From Candidatus Thorarchaeota archaeon (lineage in GTDB: Archaea; Asgardarchaeota; Thorarchaeia; Thorarchaeales; Thorarchaeaceae): a DNA stretch of 64,000 nt. Location: assembly GCA_016839445.1 (NCBI GenBank), contig JAEOUG010000027.1, positions 1 through 64,000 on the forward strand, written 5' to 3'. Positions 19,231 to 28,131 of the stretch are shown in pieces. The stretch's first letter is position 1; the number at the start of each line of letters is the position of its first letter. The notes beneath the pieces were generated by a model, which saw nothing but the letters and a program-made list of their open reading frames with translations, did no database searches and was not told the origin of the DNA. The position numbers and the translations under genes are program-made.

Positions 19231-19845
19231 ATGTCAGGTCCAACTGACACAAGGGTTCTCGGCATAGTTGGGAGCCCGCGGAAAGATGGGAACACAGAGG
19301 CACTGGTCGATGCGGTGTTGGAGGGAGCCATTGGAGCAGGGGCCCTAGCGGAGAAGAAACTGCTGGGGTCCCTAACCATAGGCCCCTGCAAGGCCTGCAA
19401 CGGGTGTCAGAAGACACATGAGTGCGTCCAGCAAGACGACATGGTTGAACTCCTCCCTCTCATGAGAGACAGCGAGATCTGGGTGCTCGGCACACCAGTC
19501 TACTGGTGGGGGCCAACGTCTCAGTTCAAGGCCTTCGTGGACAGGTGGTATGGAGTGGACCCCAGAATCTTCAGAGGAAAGAGGATCATCGCGGCGGTTC
19601 CCATGGGAGGAGGAAATGAGCACTACGCTAGACATGTCATCGGAATGATTGAGGATATCTGCAACTACCTAGGTATGGAGTTGATTGCCTCAATAATCAC
19701 GCCAGGCATGAATGGGAAGGATTCAGTAAGACAAAGCAGACTTCATATCGATGCTGCCAGGGACGTTGGAGCTAGCACCGTTCGTAGTATCCATGAAAGA
19801 GACCCCTCTCTACATCGCGCTGCTAATCAGCCAGTAGGGAGCTAA
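19231..19845 (+). CDS. Iron-sulfur flavoprotein / NADPH-dependent FMN reductase family
   Basis: GSPRKDGNT, CKACNGC...C, GTPVYW. Confidence 0.9.
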   Translation: MSGPTDTRVLGIVGSPRKDGNTEALVDAVLEGAIGAGALAEKKLLGSLTIGPCKACNGCQKTHECVQQDDMVELLPLMRDSEIWVLGTPVYWWGPTSQFKAFVDRWYGVDPRIFRGKRIIAAVPMGGGNEHYARHVIGMIEDICNYLGMELIASIITPGMNGKDSVRQSRLHIDAARDVGASTVRSIHERDPSLHRAANQPVGS

Positions 19846-19858
19846 GAGCAGCCATCAC

Positions 19859-20590
19859 CTAACGTGTGAATATTAGAGGTAGCAGAGATGTCACGAGCAG
19901 CATTGAAACTACTAGTGCGTAGAAAGCTAAGAAGATAGCGACATACCTTAGCGGCCTCCCTCTCGCCAATCCTTGCGGCCAATGAACTCTGGATTCCACT
20001 TTCACAGGTAGCATGAAGGGGACACGTCGGGAGTAGTCGCTGTAGTCCTCTCCAAACAGGCGTTCCAGCTTGGCCTCTTCGTAGTCTGCTGTCACAACGA
20101 GAATGAGCGCCATCAGGCTCCAAGAGAGAATATCACCAGGTCTAACGCCAATCCAGTACTGCGAGTAGATGTTGGGCTTCAGCACAACCGAGAGTAAGAT
20201 CATTATGATGCCAAGATGCTGCGGATGACGAACCCGAGCATAGGGCCCAGATGTGATCAAGCAGTTCTCGGGCGCCTTCCGTATGCGTGACATCTCGATG
20301 AGTCCTCCAAGAAACAGGGCGGAGCCAACGCAGACCAGCAATAACGAAGTGACTCTCGAAAATGCAACCAGTATTGTGTCATATTGGACAATGATGAAGC
20401 CATGCCACAGATCCCCAAATGGAAAGATGTAGGCTGCGAAACTCCATGACAAGTACCAGGCAGGCAGAAGCCACATCATCGGCGTTATGATTCCAGCCAC
20501 AACAGGAAGGTAAAGCACCACGGCCGCTGCCGCTTGTCCGAATCCTCTCAGAATATCCTTGATTCCTAGCATCTTCTTCACCATATCCAA
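19859..20590 (-). CDS. Isoprenylcysteine carboxyl methyltransferase (ICMT/PEMT) family membrane protein
   Basis: LITSGPYARVRHPQHLG; EEAKLERLFGEDYSDY. Confidence 0.85.
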   Translation of the reverse strand: MDMVKKMLGIKDILRGFGQAAAAVVLYLPVVAGIITPMMWLLPAWYLSWSFAAYIFPFGDLWHGFIIVQYDTILVAFSRVTSLLLVCVGSALFLGGLIEMSRIRKAPENCLITSGPYARVRHPQHLGIIMILLSVVLKPNIYSQYWIGVRPGDILSWSLMALILVVTADYEEAKLERLFGEDYSDYSRRVPFMLPVKVESRVHWPQGLARGRPLRYVAIFLAFYALVVSMLLVTSLLPLIFTR

Positions 20591-22080
20591 AAGACGAGAA
20601 GCTGCATGATTAGAGTCTGCAGGAAGACTATGCCCAGCAGTCTTGCTCTGTCTTGAAGAGTCACAGCCCTCGCTTCAAGGTAGGCCGCAACTGGCATGAG
20701 GAGGATTGGCAGGATGAACATACAGATTCTTGCGGTCTCTCCCTTCTTTGGCGCACCCGCCAGAAACAACAGAAGGAGAGCAAGGAGGGCTGCGAGGACC
20801 AGATTGCGAGTCCGCGTGGAGTCGTGTTCGCTGCCGAATGGCTCCCCCATTGCTGAGAAGCCTCTGAATGCCAGAACAGAAAGAACAGGCCCAAAGAAGA
20901 CGGCAATATCCAATACATTCTCGGCCCTTGTGACGAAGTAACTTAGAGGGTCGGTAAGGAGGAGGAATCCAGAGGGATTCTCAAGGCTGCTCGCATATAG
21001 GAGAGCGTCTAGATAGCTGAAACCCAGGAACACATTGAGAGCCACATAGACTAGTCCTACTATGAGTGTTGCGATCACGAAGATGCGCGACTGGATGGCG
21101 AATCTCTTGAGGCGCTGAAGAAGCCGTTCGCGATTGTGAGGATGTCTGCACTGAAGAACCTCGAAGAGAAACAGAAACAGAAACGAATACACAAACATGA
21201 AGCTCATGAAGGTCCCTATGAACAGGAAGAGGGTACTCCCAGCAACCCTGACTATGTTGTTCTCGTGCAGATAGCTATACAGAAGACCACAGAAGGCTGT
21301 GGCTACCAGAGCATAGACGTTGGCCAAGTAATACACCTGCACTGCCGGTAAGAGAAGGAAGAGGAAGGAAACGTACGCAGACAGCTCCCGATTGAAGATC
21401 CTACTGAAGACTCCTCGAATGAAGAAGACTGAGAGGACTGAGCTGACCACAAGGATAGCTATGGAAACGAGTCCTGCGTTTCCGAGAAGAGAATAGAGGA
21501 AGTAGATGGCCAGTGTAGCACCAGGAGGCTGGGTCTGCGCGTGTAGCGATAAGTCCGGCTGGAGGATGCTGTAGTTGCTGATGAACGAAAACGGATTCGT
21601 GATAGCTATAGCGTCTGTGAGAATCTCAGAGGCGCCACCTATTGGTGAAAAGACTCCCAGCTCCCATCCATGGCTGAGATTGGTTAGAAATGCCACGAGG
21701 GTTCCGACAGCTAGAGTTGTGAGAATTCCCATTTTGACGAACCCTGCTTCCCTCATCCTTCGTGCAGCCAAGGCGACAATGAGACCAGCTGTCACTGCTA
21801 CACCGATGCCAAGAGCGGATGGAAGCATCAGTTGTCCCCACAGAGGCCAGAGAGACTCAAACCCCATCATTCCAGGCAAGAAGCCAATGTTTCCGGGCGG
21901 AAGACCTCCTTCTGGTGGCATAGGCGGCGATCTGATTGCAGTCAGAAGCGTGGGAATATGGTAAAGCAGAGCGACAGCTGCGATTGCCAGCCCGACCAGA
22001 AGATAGCTACGGACGTGCCCCTTGTCAAAGATCCTGGCAGTTGCCTGCTCTGAGTCTAGTCCAGAGATAAGCTCACTCAT
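20578..22080 (-). CDS. Polytopic membrane protein, GT-C glycosyltransferase-like
   Basis: About 12 TMs; HAQTQPPG loop and GETARI motif. Confidence 0.6.
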   Translation of the reverse strand: MSELISGLDSEQATARIFDKGHVRSYLLVGLAIAAVALLYHIPTLLTAIRSPPMPPEGGLPPGNIGFLPGMMGFESLWPLWGQLMLPSALGIGVAVTAGLIVALAARRMREAGFVKMGILTTLAVGTLVAFLTNLSHGWELGVFSPIGGASEILTDAIAITNPFSFISNYSILQPDLSLHAQTQPPGATLAIYFLYSLLGNAGLVSIAILVVSSVLSVFFIRGVFSRIFNRELSAYVSFLFLLLPAVQVYYLANVYALVATAFCGLLYSYLHENNIVRVAGSTLFLFIGTFMSFMFVYSFLFLFLFEVLQCRHPHNRERLLQRLKRFAIQSRIFVIATLIVGLVYVALNVFLGFSYLDALLYASSLENPSGFLLLTDPLSYFVTRAENVLDIAVFFGPVLSVLAFRGFSAMGEPFGSEHDSTRTRNLVLAALLALLLLFLAGAPKKGETARICMFILPILLMPVAAYLEARAVTLQDRARLLGIVFLQTLIMQLLVFWIW

Positions 22081-22158
22081 TGTATGGCTAGACCAGAGCT
22101 CACGCATTATAACCGTAGGCCGAAGTGGTGCCCCATTTGCACCCAAATCTCGCCAGCT

Positions 22159-22590
22159 TCACTCAAGACTTAGATCTAGGAGGACCAGGAGGGCTACTGT
22201 GGCGAATGCATCTGGGAGAATCGTGAAAGGTCCCAGTCCCTCAATGTAGTACCCAAACAGTACATGGAGAAGCGGGTTCGAGAAGAGCGCATAAAGCCCA
22301 AGGACTAGGACTGCAAGCATTAGCCCAGAGGTGAATTTCGACCTAATCGAACGATACAGACCGATGTAGGCAAGAAGGAGAGAGGTTACCAAGACCAAGT
22401 TCACAAATGACAACATAGTCTTCACTGACACAAGGATGGCCATGATATCTGCAGGAATTGGGGGAGGCTCCCGTCTCAGAGGAGGAAGGATCATGCCCGC
22501 AAGAATGTAGCCCAGGACTGCTGCAATCACAATGGCAACGACAGTTGTCGCCAGCCATCGATTCTTACTTGTCATTGTCATCCGTTTCAC
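22159..22590 (-). CDS. 4-TM membrane protein, partner of the upstream wHTH gene
   Basis: YRSIRSKFTSGL..NP..GP..LP pattern; overlaps the wHTH gene. Confidence 0.75.
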   Translation of the reverse strand: MKRMTMTSKNRWLATTVVAIVIAAVLGYILAGMILPPLRREPPPIPADIMAILVSVKTMLSFVNLVLVTSLLLAYIGLYRSIRSKFTSGLMLAVLVLGLYALFSNPLLHVLFGYYIEGLGPFTILPDAFATVALLVLLDLSLE

Positions 22591-22885
22591 GTGTCTCCTT
22601 TATTCCTGTTTGCCCAATTTGCTCCCAAATCTCCTCCAACTCGTCGTAGTTATCCTCAAGGTCTCTCGAGAGGAAGTACATCATACCGTAGCACTCGCCC
22701 TGAGTAACGACGACACCGTTCTTCGCGAGTATGTCTAGATGATGGCGCACTGTCTTGTAGTCGAGTTCGAGAATCTCGGTGAGCTGGTTGGCATTGTATG
22801 GTCGGCCCTTCAGTACTGCGATAATCCGGGCTCGGTTCACTCCCCCCCGGGTACCTGCCAGCAACCACCACAAGAGCCGCTTCAT
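22565..22885 (-). CDS. Archaeal ArsR-like winged-HTH regulator
   Basis: LLWWLLAGTRGGVNRARII...NANQL...DYKTVRHHL. Confidence 0.9.
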   Translation of the reverse strand: MKRLLWWLLAGTRGGVNRARIIAVLKGRPYNANQLTEILELDYKTVRHHLDILAKNGVVVTQGECYGMMYFLSRDLEDNYDELEEIWEQIGQTGIKETRETDDNDK

Positions 22886-23007
22886 CGACCATTCGACCTT
22901 CTTCTGGATTGCGGGACTGACATATGAATGCTGAGTATGGCTGCGGTGAAACACGTAATGCTCACATTTGTAATAGATGGCTAGCGAAGGGGCATAGGTG
23001 TGTCCAG

Positions 23008-24051
23008 ATGGAACAAGACGATTTCTCAGAAAAGGTGGGCCTTCCACCAGGGACTGTTGTCCATACAGGCGAGGACAAGGCGGAAGAAGTCGTCATCAAG
23101 GTAATGGAGTTCCACAAGGGGCAGATGAGGGAGTATATCGCAGACTGCATTGAGGACTGCAAACCGCCCGATGTCGCAGGCGCCCTGAAGTGGGTCCATG
23201 TCATCGGAGTGCACAACGTGGGGATTGTGCAGAAAGTCTGCGAATATTACAATGTACATCCTCTGATTGTGGAGGACATTCCGAGTGTTGGTCAGAGACC
23301 TAAGATAGAGGGCCTGAGTTCTGGTGTGTACATAGTCCTCCGGGCATATGACATGGACATGGAGTCCGACATCATAACCTCTGAACAGGTGTCCATTGTC
23401 TTTGGGAAGGACTTCGTTCTATCGTTCCAACAGAGCTCCGCAGGGATCTTCGAGCCAATAAGAGAGAGGGCGCGGCGTCCCAAGGAGCAGATGAGGACGA
23501 ACGGACCGGACTACCTGACGTACGCCCTCCTTGACCTAATCATAGACCGATACTTCGTCGTCCTAGAGCACGTTGGGGACATCATAGAGGACCTAGAAGA
23601 CGATCTGATTGAGCACGGTACTGCCGACATGCTGAACCGTATCTACTACATCAAGAGGTCGCTCCTGACATTTCGCCGCCACATCTGGCCGCTCAGGGAG
23701 GTTGCCTTGAAGCTCCAGCGAGACTTCTCAGCTCATGTCAAGCCCTCGACCCACATCTACCTCAGGGACCTCTATGACCACATAATCCGGGTCACTGATC
23801 TTGTCGAGACCTATCGGGAGTCCATCACAGGCATGCTTGACATCTACCTCTCCAGCGTATCGAATCGCATGAACGAAGTGATGAAGGTCCTCACTGTTGT
23901 CTCGACAATCTTCATTCCCCTCACGCTCATGTCGAGTCTCTACGGCATGAACTGGCCGTGGTTCCCAGGAACAGATTACGGAGTACTGGGTGTCAGTATC
24001 GCGCTAACCGTCATCCTGCTTGGTGGATTCCGGATGATGAAGTGGATCTGA
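23008..24051 (+). CDS. corA: Magnesium/cobalt transporter CorA
   Basis: GLPPGT, QRPKIE, MNEVMKVLT, YGMN. Confidence 0.95.
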   Translation: MEQDDFSEKVGLPPGTVVHTGEDKAEEVVIKVMEFHKGQMREYIADCIEDCKPPDVAGALKWVHVIGVHNVGIVQKVCEYYNVHPLIVEDIPSVGQRPKIEGLSSGVYIVLRAYDMDMESDIITSEQVSIVFGKDFVLSFQQSSAGIFEPIRERARRPKEQMRTNGPDYLTYALLDLIIDRYFVVLEHVGDIIEDLEDDLIEHGTADMLNRIYYIKRSLLTFRRHIWPLREVALKLQRDFSAHVKPSTHIYLRDLYDHIIRVTDLVETYRESITGMLDIYLSSVSNRMNEVMKVLTVVSTIFIPLTLMSSLYGMNWPWFPGTDYGVLGVSIALTVILLGGFRMMKWI

Positions 24052-24065
24052 ACCGCCAGCCGAGG

Positions 24066-25004
24066 CTACACCGCAATGACGACAAGGACAACACCAGCGA
24101 CTGTCATCAGCGCCCCCACCAGAGACTTTGGGGAGTAGCCCTCCTTCAGCACAAGTATCGAGATGGGCAGCGCGAAGAGCGGAGACGTTGAACCCATCAG
24201 AGCCGCCACCGCTGCTCCTACAAGCTTCACAGCGTACGTATACAGAAGGGAACCTACGGTCATCCCGAGCATGCCCGCAGCCACGATGATCTTTGCGGCC
24301 CTTCTGCTCGGAGTTGGCATGCCTCGCAGAACTGCGCCGGCAACGATGGGAACGTAGAGCCCTGAGCCAACAACCATCCTGACGAAGTTTGCATCGATCG
24401 GGTCGATGCCCTCTACGCCCCTCTGAAGTAGGACACTGCCCGTGGCCCAGCAGAGAGCGGCCAGTAGCGAGAATCCAAGCCCATACCAGTCTGTGGATGG
24501 CTCCTCTTCCGGTCCGGGTTCATCGCACGGAGCTGATACGCAGTTGCGGGGAGCCGGGATACCAGCCTGAGAACGCGAGATGAGAATGACGCCGACTACA
24601 GCAATGACGACCCCCAGAATCCTGCTCACAATGATCTCCTCGCCCACGAACATGACTGCAATGAAGTAGGTAAGAATAGGGTACGTGCTTGTGATGGGGA
24701 AGGCTTTCGAGACCCCTACTCTCTCCTGACCTATGAGATAGACTAGGTCCCCAATCACGAGTCCTACCGTGACTGACCCCGCAAGAAACAGGAGGGATTC
24801 GAGGGGCATGTAGAAGGCCCCAGTTCTGAATGGCAGAAACGCGACGAGAGCCATGGCTACCATGGCCACCCACATCTTGATCGACGAGATCGCAAGGGGT
24901 GTGGCCGCCTTGCTTTGTGACTGATAGACATTCGTCGATACGGCCCAGAGAAATGCCGTGAACAGACCTATTGCGCTGCCAAGAATGAGCTCAGAAGACT
25001 GCAT
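24066..25004 (-). CDS. DMT/EamA family transporter
   Basis: Two EamA repeats; 10 TMs; VLKE motif. Confidence 0.9.
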   Translation of the reverse strand: MQSSELILGSAIGLFTAFLWAVSTNVYQSQSKAATPLAISSIKMWVAMVAMALVAFLPFRTGAFYMPLESLLFLAGSVTVGLVIGDLVYLIGQERVGVSKAFPITSTYPILTYFIAVMFVGEEIIVSRILGVVIAVVGVILISRSQAGIPAPRNCVSAPCDEPGPEEEPSTDWYGLGFSLLAALCWATGSVLLQRGVEGIDPIDANFVRMVVGSGLYVPIVAGAVLRGMPTPSRRAAKIIVAAGMLGMTVGSLLYTYAVKLVGAAVAALMGSTSPLFALPISILVLKEGYSPKSLVGALMTVAGVVLVVIAV

Positions 25005-25193
25005 TGGGACCTCACGCGCCCAATCCCGCTTAAGTATTCGATTGAATGGCACAACCCAGCGCCTCTAGACGTGGCCTCGAGGAAGAGCGTTACCTCTGTT
25101 GCTCTTAGGAGTCTGTTAACCTACGTATTTACTACTATTCTCCGATATGTTTAATATCAGCGGCTCTGATAGGAATGGTGTGGGTAGGCACCT

Positions 25194-26636
25194 ATGGAGA
25201 AAAGCAGCAAAGGTCCCGAGGTCGCAAGTACCGTCTATCTGTACTCCGCCGATATGGCAGACGTTATTTCATCATTGGCCAGTGCAACGCGCCTCGAAAT
25301 ACTAGCCAAGCTCCTCACCGGACGAGCCGAGTTCCAAGCTCTTGTGGAGACCTCAGGTCTCAGCAAGGCCGCCCTGGCAAAGCACTTGAGAATCCTTCAG
25401 AAGGCGGGGCTGGTCAGGAAAGTGGAGCGAGGTCTCTACGAGATTACAGAAGACGGCGAGCAGCTACTACACGGCATCTCATCCATTTACAGGGACTCAG
25501 TGAAGAGACAGCAACAGGATCTGGCAAAGAGAGCGAGGCTCTACTCACGAACAGACATCAGGGAGAGTGAAGCAATGAGCAAGTTTGTACTAGATAACCA
25601 GGCTCTGTATCAACCAGCTTGGATTTCGTATCTCTCAATGGCGACGGGAATCCTGAAGTCATTGGGTCTTGAAGTTGACACTGTGGATGTTGGCGGATAC
25701 ACAGGCTACGCATTCCATCTCAATACTGCGCGCAGCTCGACCTGCCCATCAGCCCCGACCGTAGCAGACTTCCCTAGGTTCGCCGAGGGGCTGGAGTCCT
25801 TTGGTTGGAGAGTCGAACAAGAATGGGACGGCTTCGACTATGGATTCCCGATGAATGAGAGAGGAAAAGCGCGCGCCAGAGCCCACTTGGGTCTGCTGAA
25901 ACACACCCTGATTGAGAGCAATAGACCCATTGGAATCTGGGGTCCACACATTCCCGAGTTCGCCATCATGAATGGCTACGATGGTGATAGCTACCTTATT
26001 AGCTCCTTCAGGAGGCTAGAGCAGCTCGATGACGTGCCCGTGAAGTACTCCGACTTCATGGCGCCTGGTGGGCTGTTCAAGCTCGTCTTCAAAGAGAAGA
26101 CGAAGGCCCGAAGCAAGAGAGAGATAGACAGGAGTGCGCTTGAGAGAGGGCTCAGAATAGCCAGAGGGTTTGGAGAGTCAGAGGCTGAGACACACAAAGG
26201 CTACGCGTCGGGTTTGGAGATGTTCGACGTCCTAGCAGATATTCTAGAGAAGGGAATTGTCCCGGAATCCGAGAGCAGCATATCATCGGGAGCTGCTGTT
26301 GAAGGGCCATTGCTCATCTACCACGGCAACTCATACACTGCAGCATGCAACCAGGAAACACTAGCACTAGCAGGGGAGTTTCTCGAGAGACTGGCCAAGG
26401 CGTACAAGAAGGAGCCCTTCTACAAGGAACTACACAAGGCTGGAGAGGAGTACGAGAAGGCCGCCGCAATCATGCAGGATTTCACGAAGCTCTTCCCCTT
26501 CAGCACCCAGAAGGACTACGACCCCTCCGAGTTCCCTGAGGACAAGAAGGTGAAGGGAGCGGAACTCCTGCGATCTGCAAAGCCTCATGTCCTCGCGGCC
26601 TTGGAGGGCATCGAGCAGGCTCTGAGGAAGTGGTAG
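25194..26636 (+). CDS. ArsR-type wHTH fused to a large C-terminal domain (BtrH-N/papain-like by pattern)
   Basis: RLEILAKL...LAKHLRILQKAGLV...YEIT; C-terminal GGYTGYAF and WGPHIPEFAIMNGYD. Confidence 0.75.
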   Translation: MEKSSKGPEVASTVYLYSADMADVISSLASATRLEILAKLLTGRAEFQALVETSGLSKAALAKHLRILQKAGLVRKVERGLYEITEDGEQLLHGISSIYRDSVKRQQQDLAKRARLYSRTDIRESEAMSKFVLDNQALYQPAWISYLSMATGILKSLGLEVDTVDVGGYTGYAFHLNTARSSTCPSAPTVADFPRFAEGLESFGWRVEQEWDGFDYGFPMNERGKARARAHLGLLKHTLIESNRPIGIWGPHIPEFAIMNGYDGDSYLISSFRRLEQLDDVPVKYSDFMAPGGLFKLVFKEKTKARSKREIDRSALERGLRIARGFGESEAETHKGYASGLEMFDVLADILEKGIVPESESSISSGAAVEGPLLIYHGNSYTAACNQETLALAGEFLERLAKAYKKEPFYKELHKAGEEYEKAAAIMQDFTKLFPFSTQKDYDPSEFPEDKKVKGAELLRSAKPHVLAALEGIEQALRKW

Positions 26637-26699
26637 CGCCACATCAGATTTCCAAAGGGTAAAATACCGCCCGTGTAGGGGTAACGCTCGAGGCGTCCA

Positions 26700-27269
26700 T
26701 TGGTGAAACTTGAGACTGAGCGGCTCATTATCCGAAGATTCGAAAGCGGGGATTGGGTGCGACTTCGTGAGATTGCTTTGGCCTACGAATCGAGCGGACT
26801 GGCCATCTATGACCATGGACCGTGGCCTGTAGTCCCGGCAGAATACGAGAAAATAGTGAAGCACTGGTCCGAGGGGGACAATTGCGTAGCAGTCCAGCTT
26901 AAAGACCAACCAGGATTGATAGGCTTCATATCCAGAGGAAAAGAGAGTGAGAAGGAGTATGAACTAGGATACAACTTCCACCCAGATTCGAGAGGTCGAG
27001 GATATGCATTCGAGGCATGTCAGGCAGTGCTCTGCCACCTCTTCAACGATCTAGGTGCAGAGAGAGTCAAGGCGGGAACCGCTGAGGCAAACACACGGTC
27101 GAGAAACCTGCTGGAGAAGCTTGGCTTTAGATTTCTGAAGGAGAGCACGGTCTCGTTCAGAAAGGATCTGGAAGGGAATCCAATCGAATTCACGGGACTT
27201 GACTTCGAGTTGACACGCGATGAATGGAGAGGTCTCCAAGGGAGTCAATCGGGTTCGACCGGAGAGTGA
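26700..27269 (+). CDS. RimJ/RimL-type GNAT acetyltransferase
   Basis: LETERLIIR, ELGY, RGRGYA, NTRSRNLLEKLGF. Confidence 0.9.
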   Translation: MVKLETERLIIRRFESGDWVRLREIALAYESSGLAIYDHGPWPVVPAEYEKIVKHWSEGDNCVAVQLKDQPGLIGFISRGKESEKEYELGYNFHPDSRGRGYAFEACQAVLCHLFNDLGAERVKAGTAEANTRSRNLLEKLGFRFLKESTVSFRKDLEGNPIEFTGLDFELTRDEWRGLQGSQSGSTGE

Positions 27270-27279
27270 GGAACCAGGG

Positions 27280-27966
27280 ATGAGTGAGACTGCGATAGTA
27301 GAGTCTATACACAGGAACCTGAAATCATCAAGCAACCCAGTCCGTAAAGAGAAGATTGGTGAGTATCTGAAGACATCCCGGCTCTCCTTCATCGGTGTTG
27401 AGTTGCCGGAGATTCATAGGATCGTGAAGGAGCATATCAAGTCACTCAGAATCGAAGAGCTCCCCCCGTTGATGCGTAGGCTATGGTCCATAGAGGCCTT
27501 CGAGACCCGGCTGTGCGCCATAGACATGATGAAGGTGTTCGCTAGGAAGGCTCCTGTGAAAGAGGCTCTGAGTCTCGTTGACGCTTGGATTGACGACCTC
27601 GACACATGGGGCCTCAGCGATCCTCTCTGCCAGCCATGCATCGGGATTCTCCTAGAGAGGGAACCCACCACAGAGAGCACTCTGAGGAGATGGCGAGACT
27701 CAGACAACTTCTGGAGAAGACGCTGCTCGGTCCTACCATACCTTTACCTCTGCCTTAAGGCGAACTACAAGACTGAATACGATGCGAAGATACTCGAAGC
27801 TGTAGAGTATCATATCGGTGACGAGGAGTTCTTTGTTGGAAAGGCAGCGGGGTGGGTGCTCAGAGAACTAAGCAAGAGGAATGCGAGTCTAGTGAGAACG
27901 TTCATCGAGAAGAAGAAGACTCGAATGACCAAGCTCGTGTTGCGAGAGAGCTCGAAGAAGATATAG
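27280..27966 (+). CDS. DNA alkylation repair protein (AlkD-like HEAT repeat)
   Basis: IGVELPEI, DTWGLSD, NFWRRR, EFFVGKAAGWVLRE. Confidence 0.88.
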   Translation: MSETAIVESIHRNLKSSSNPVRKEKIGEYLKTSRLSFIGVELPEIHRIVKEHIKSLRIEELPPLMRRLWSIEAFETRLCAIDMMKVFARKAPVKEALSLVDAWIDDLDTWGLSDPLCQPCIGILLEREPTTESTLRRWRDSDNFWRRRCSVLPYLYLCLKANYKTEYDAKILEAVEYHIGDEEFFVGKAAGWVLRELSKRNASLVRTFIEKKKTRMTKLVLRESSKKI

Positions 27967-28131
27967 CTCATGGGACTGCAATATAGTGTGCATAATCACA
28001 CTTTGAATAGTCTGAAATACTAGGGGATACTGAAATATGATTCAATTGAAGCGTGGCACGGGAGAGTTTCAAAACCTAGCCTGAGACCTCGCCACTCTGC
28101 TCTCGCGTGGTTGCGGAGAGGAGATTGCATT

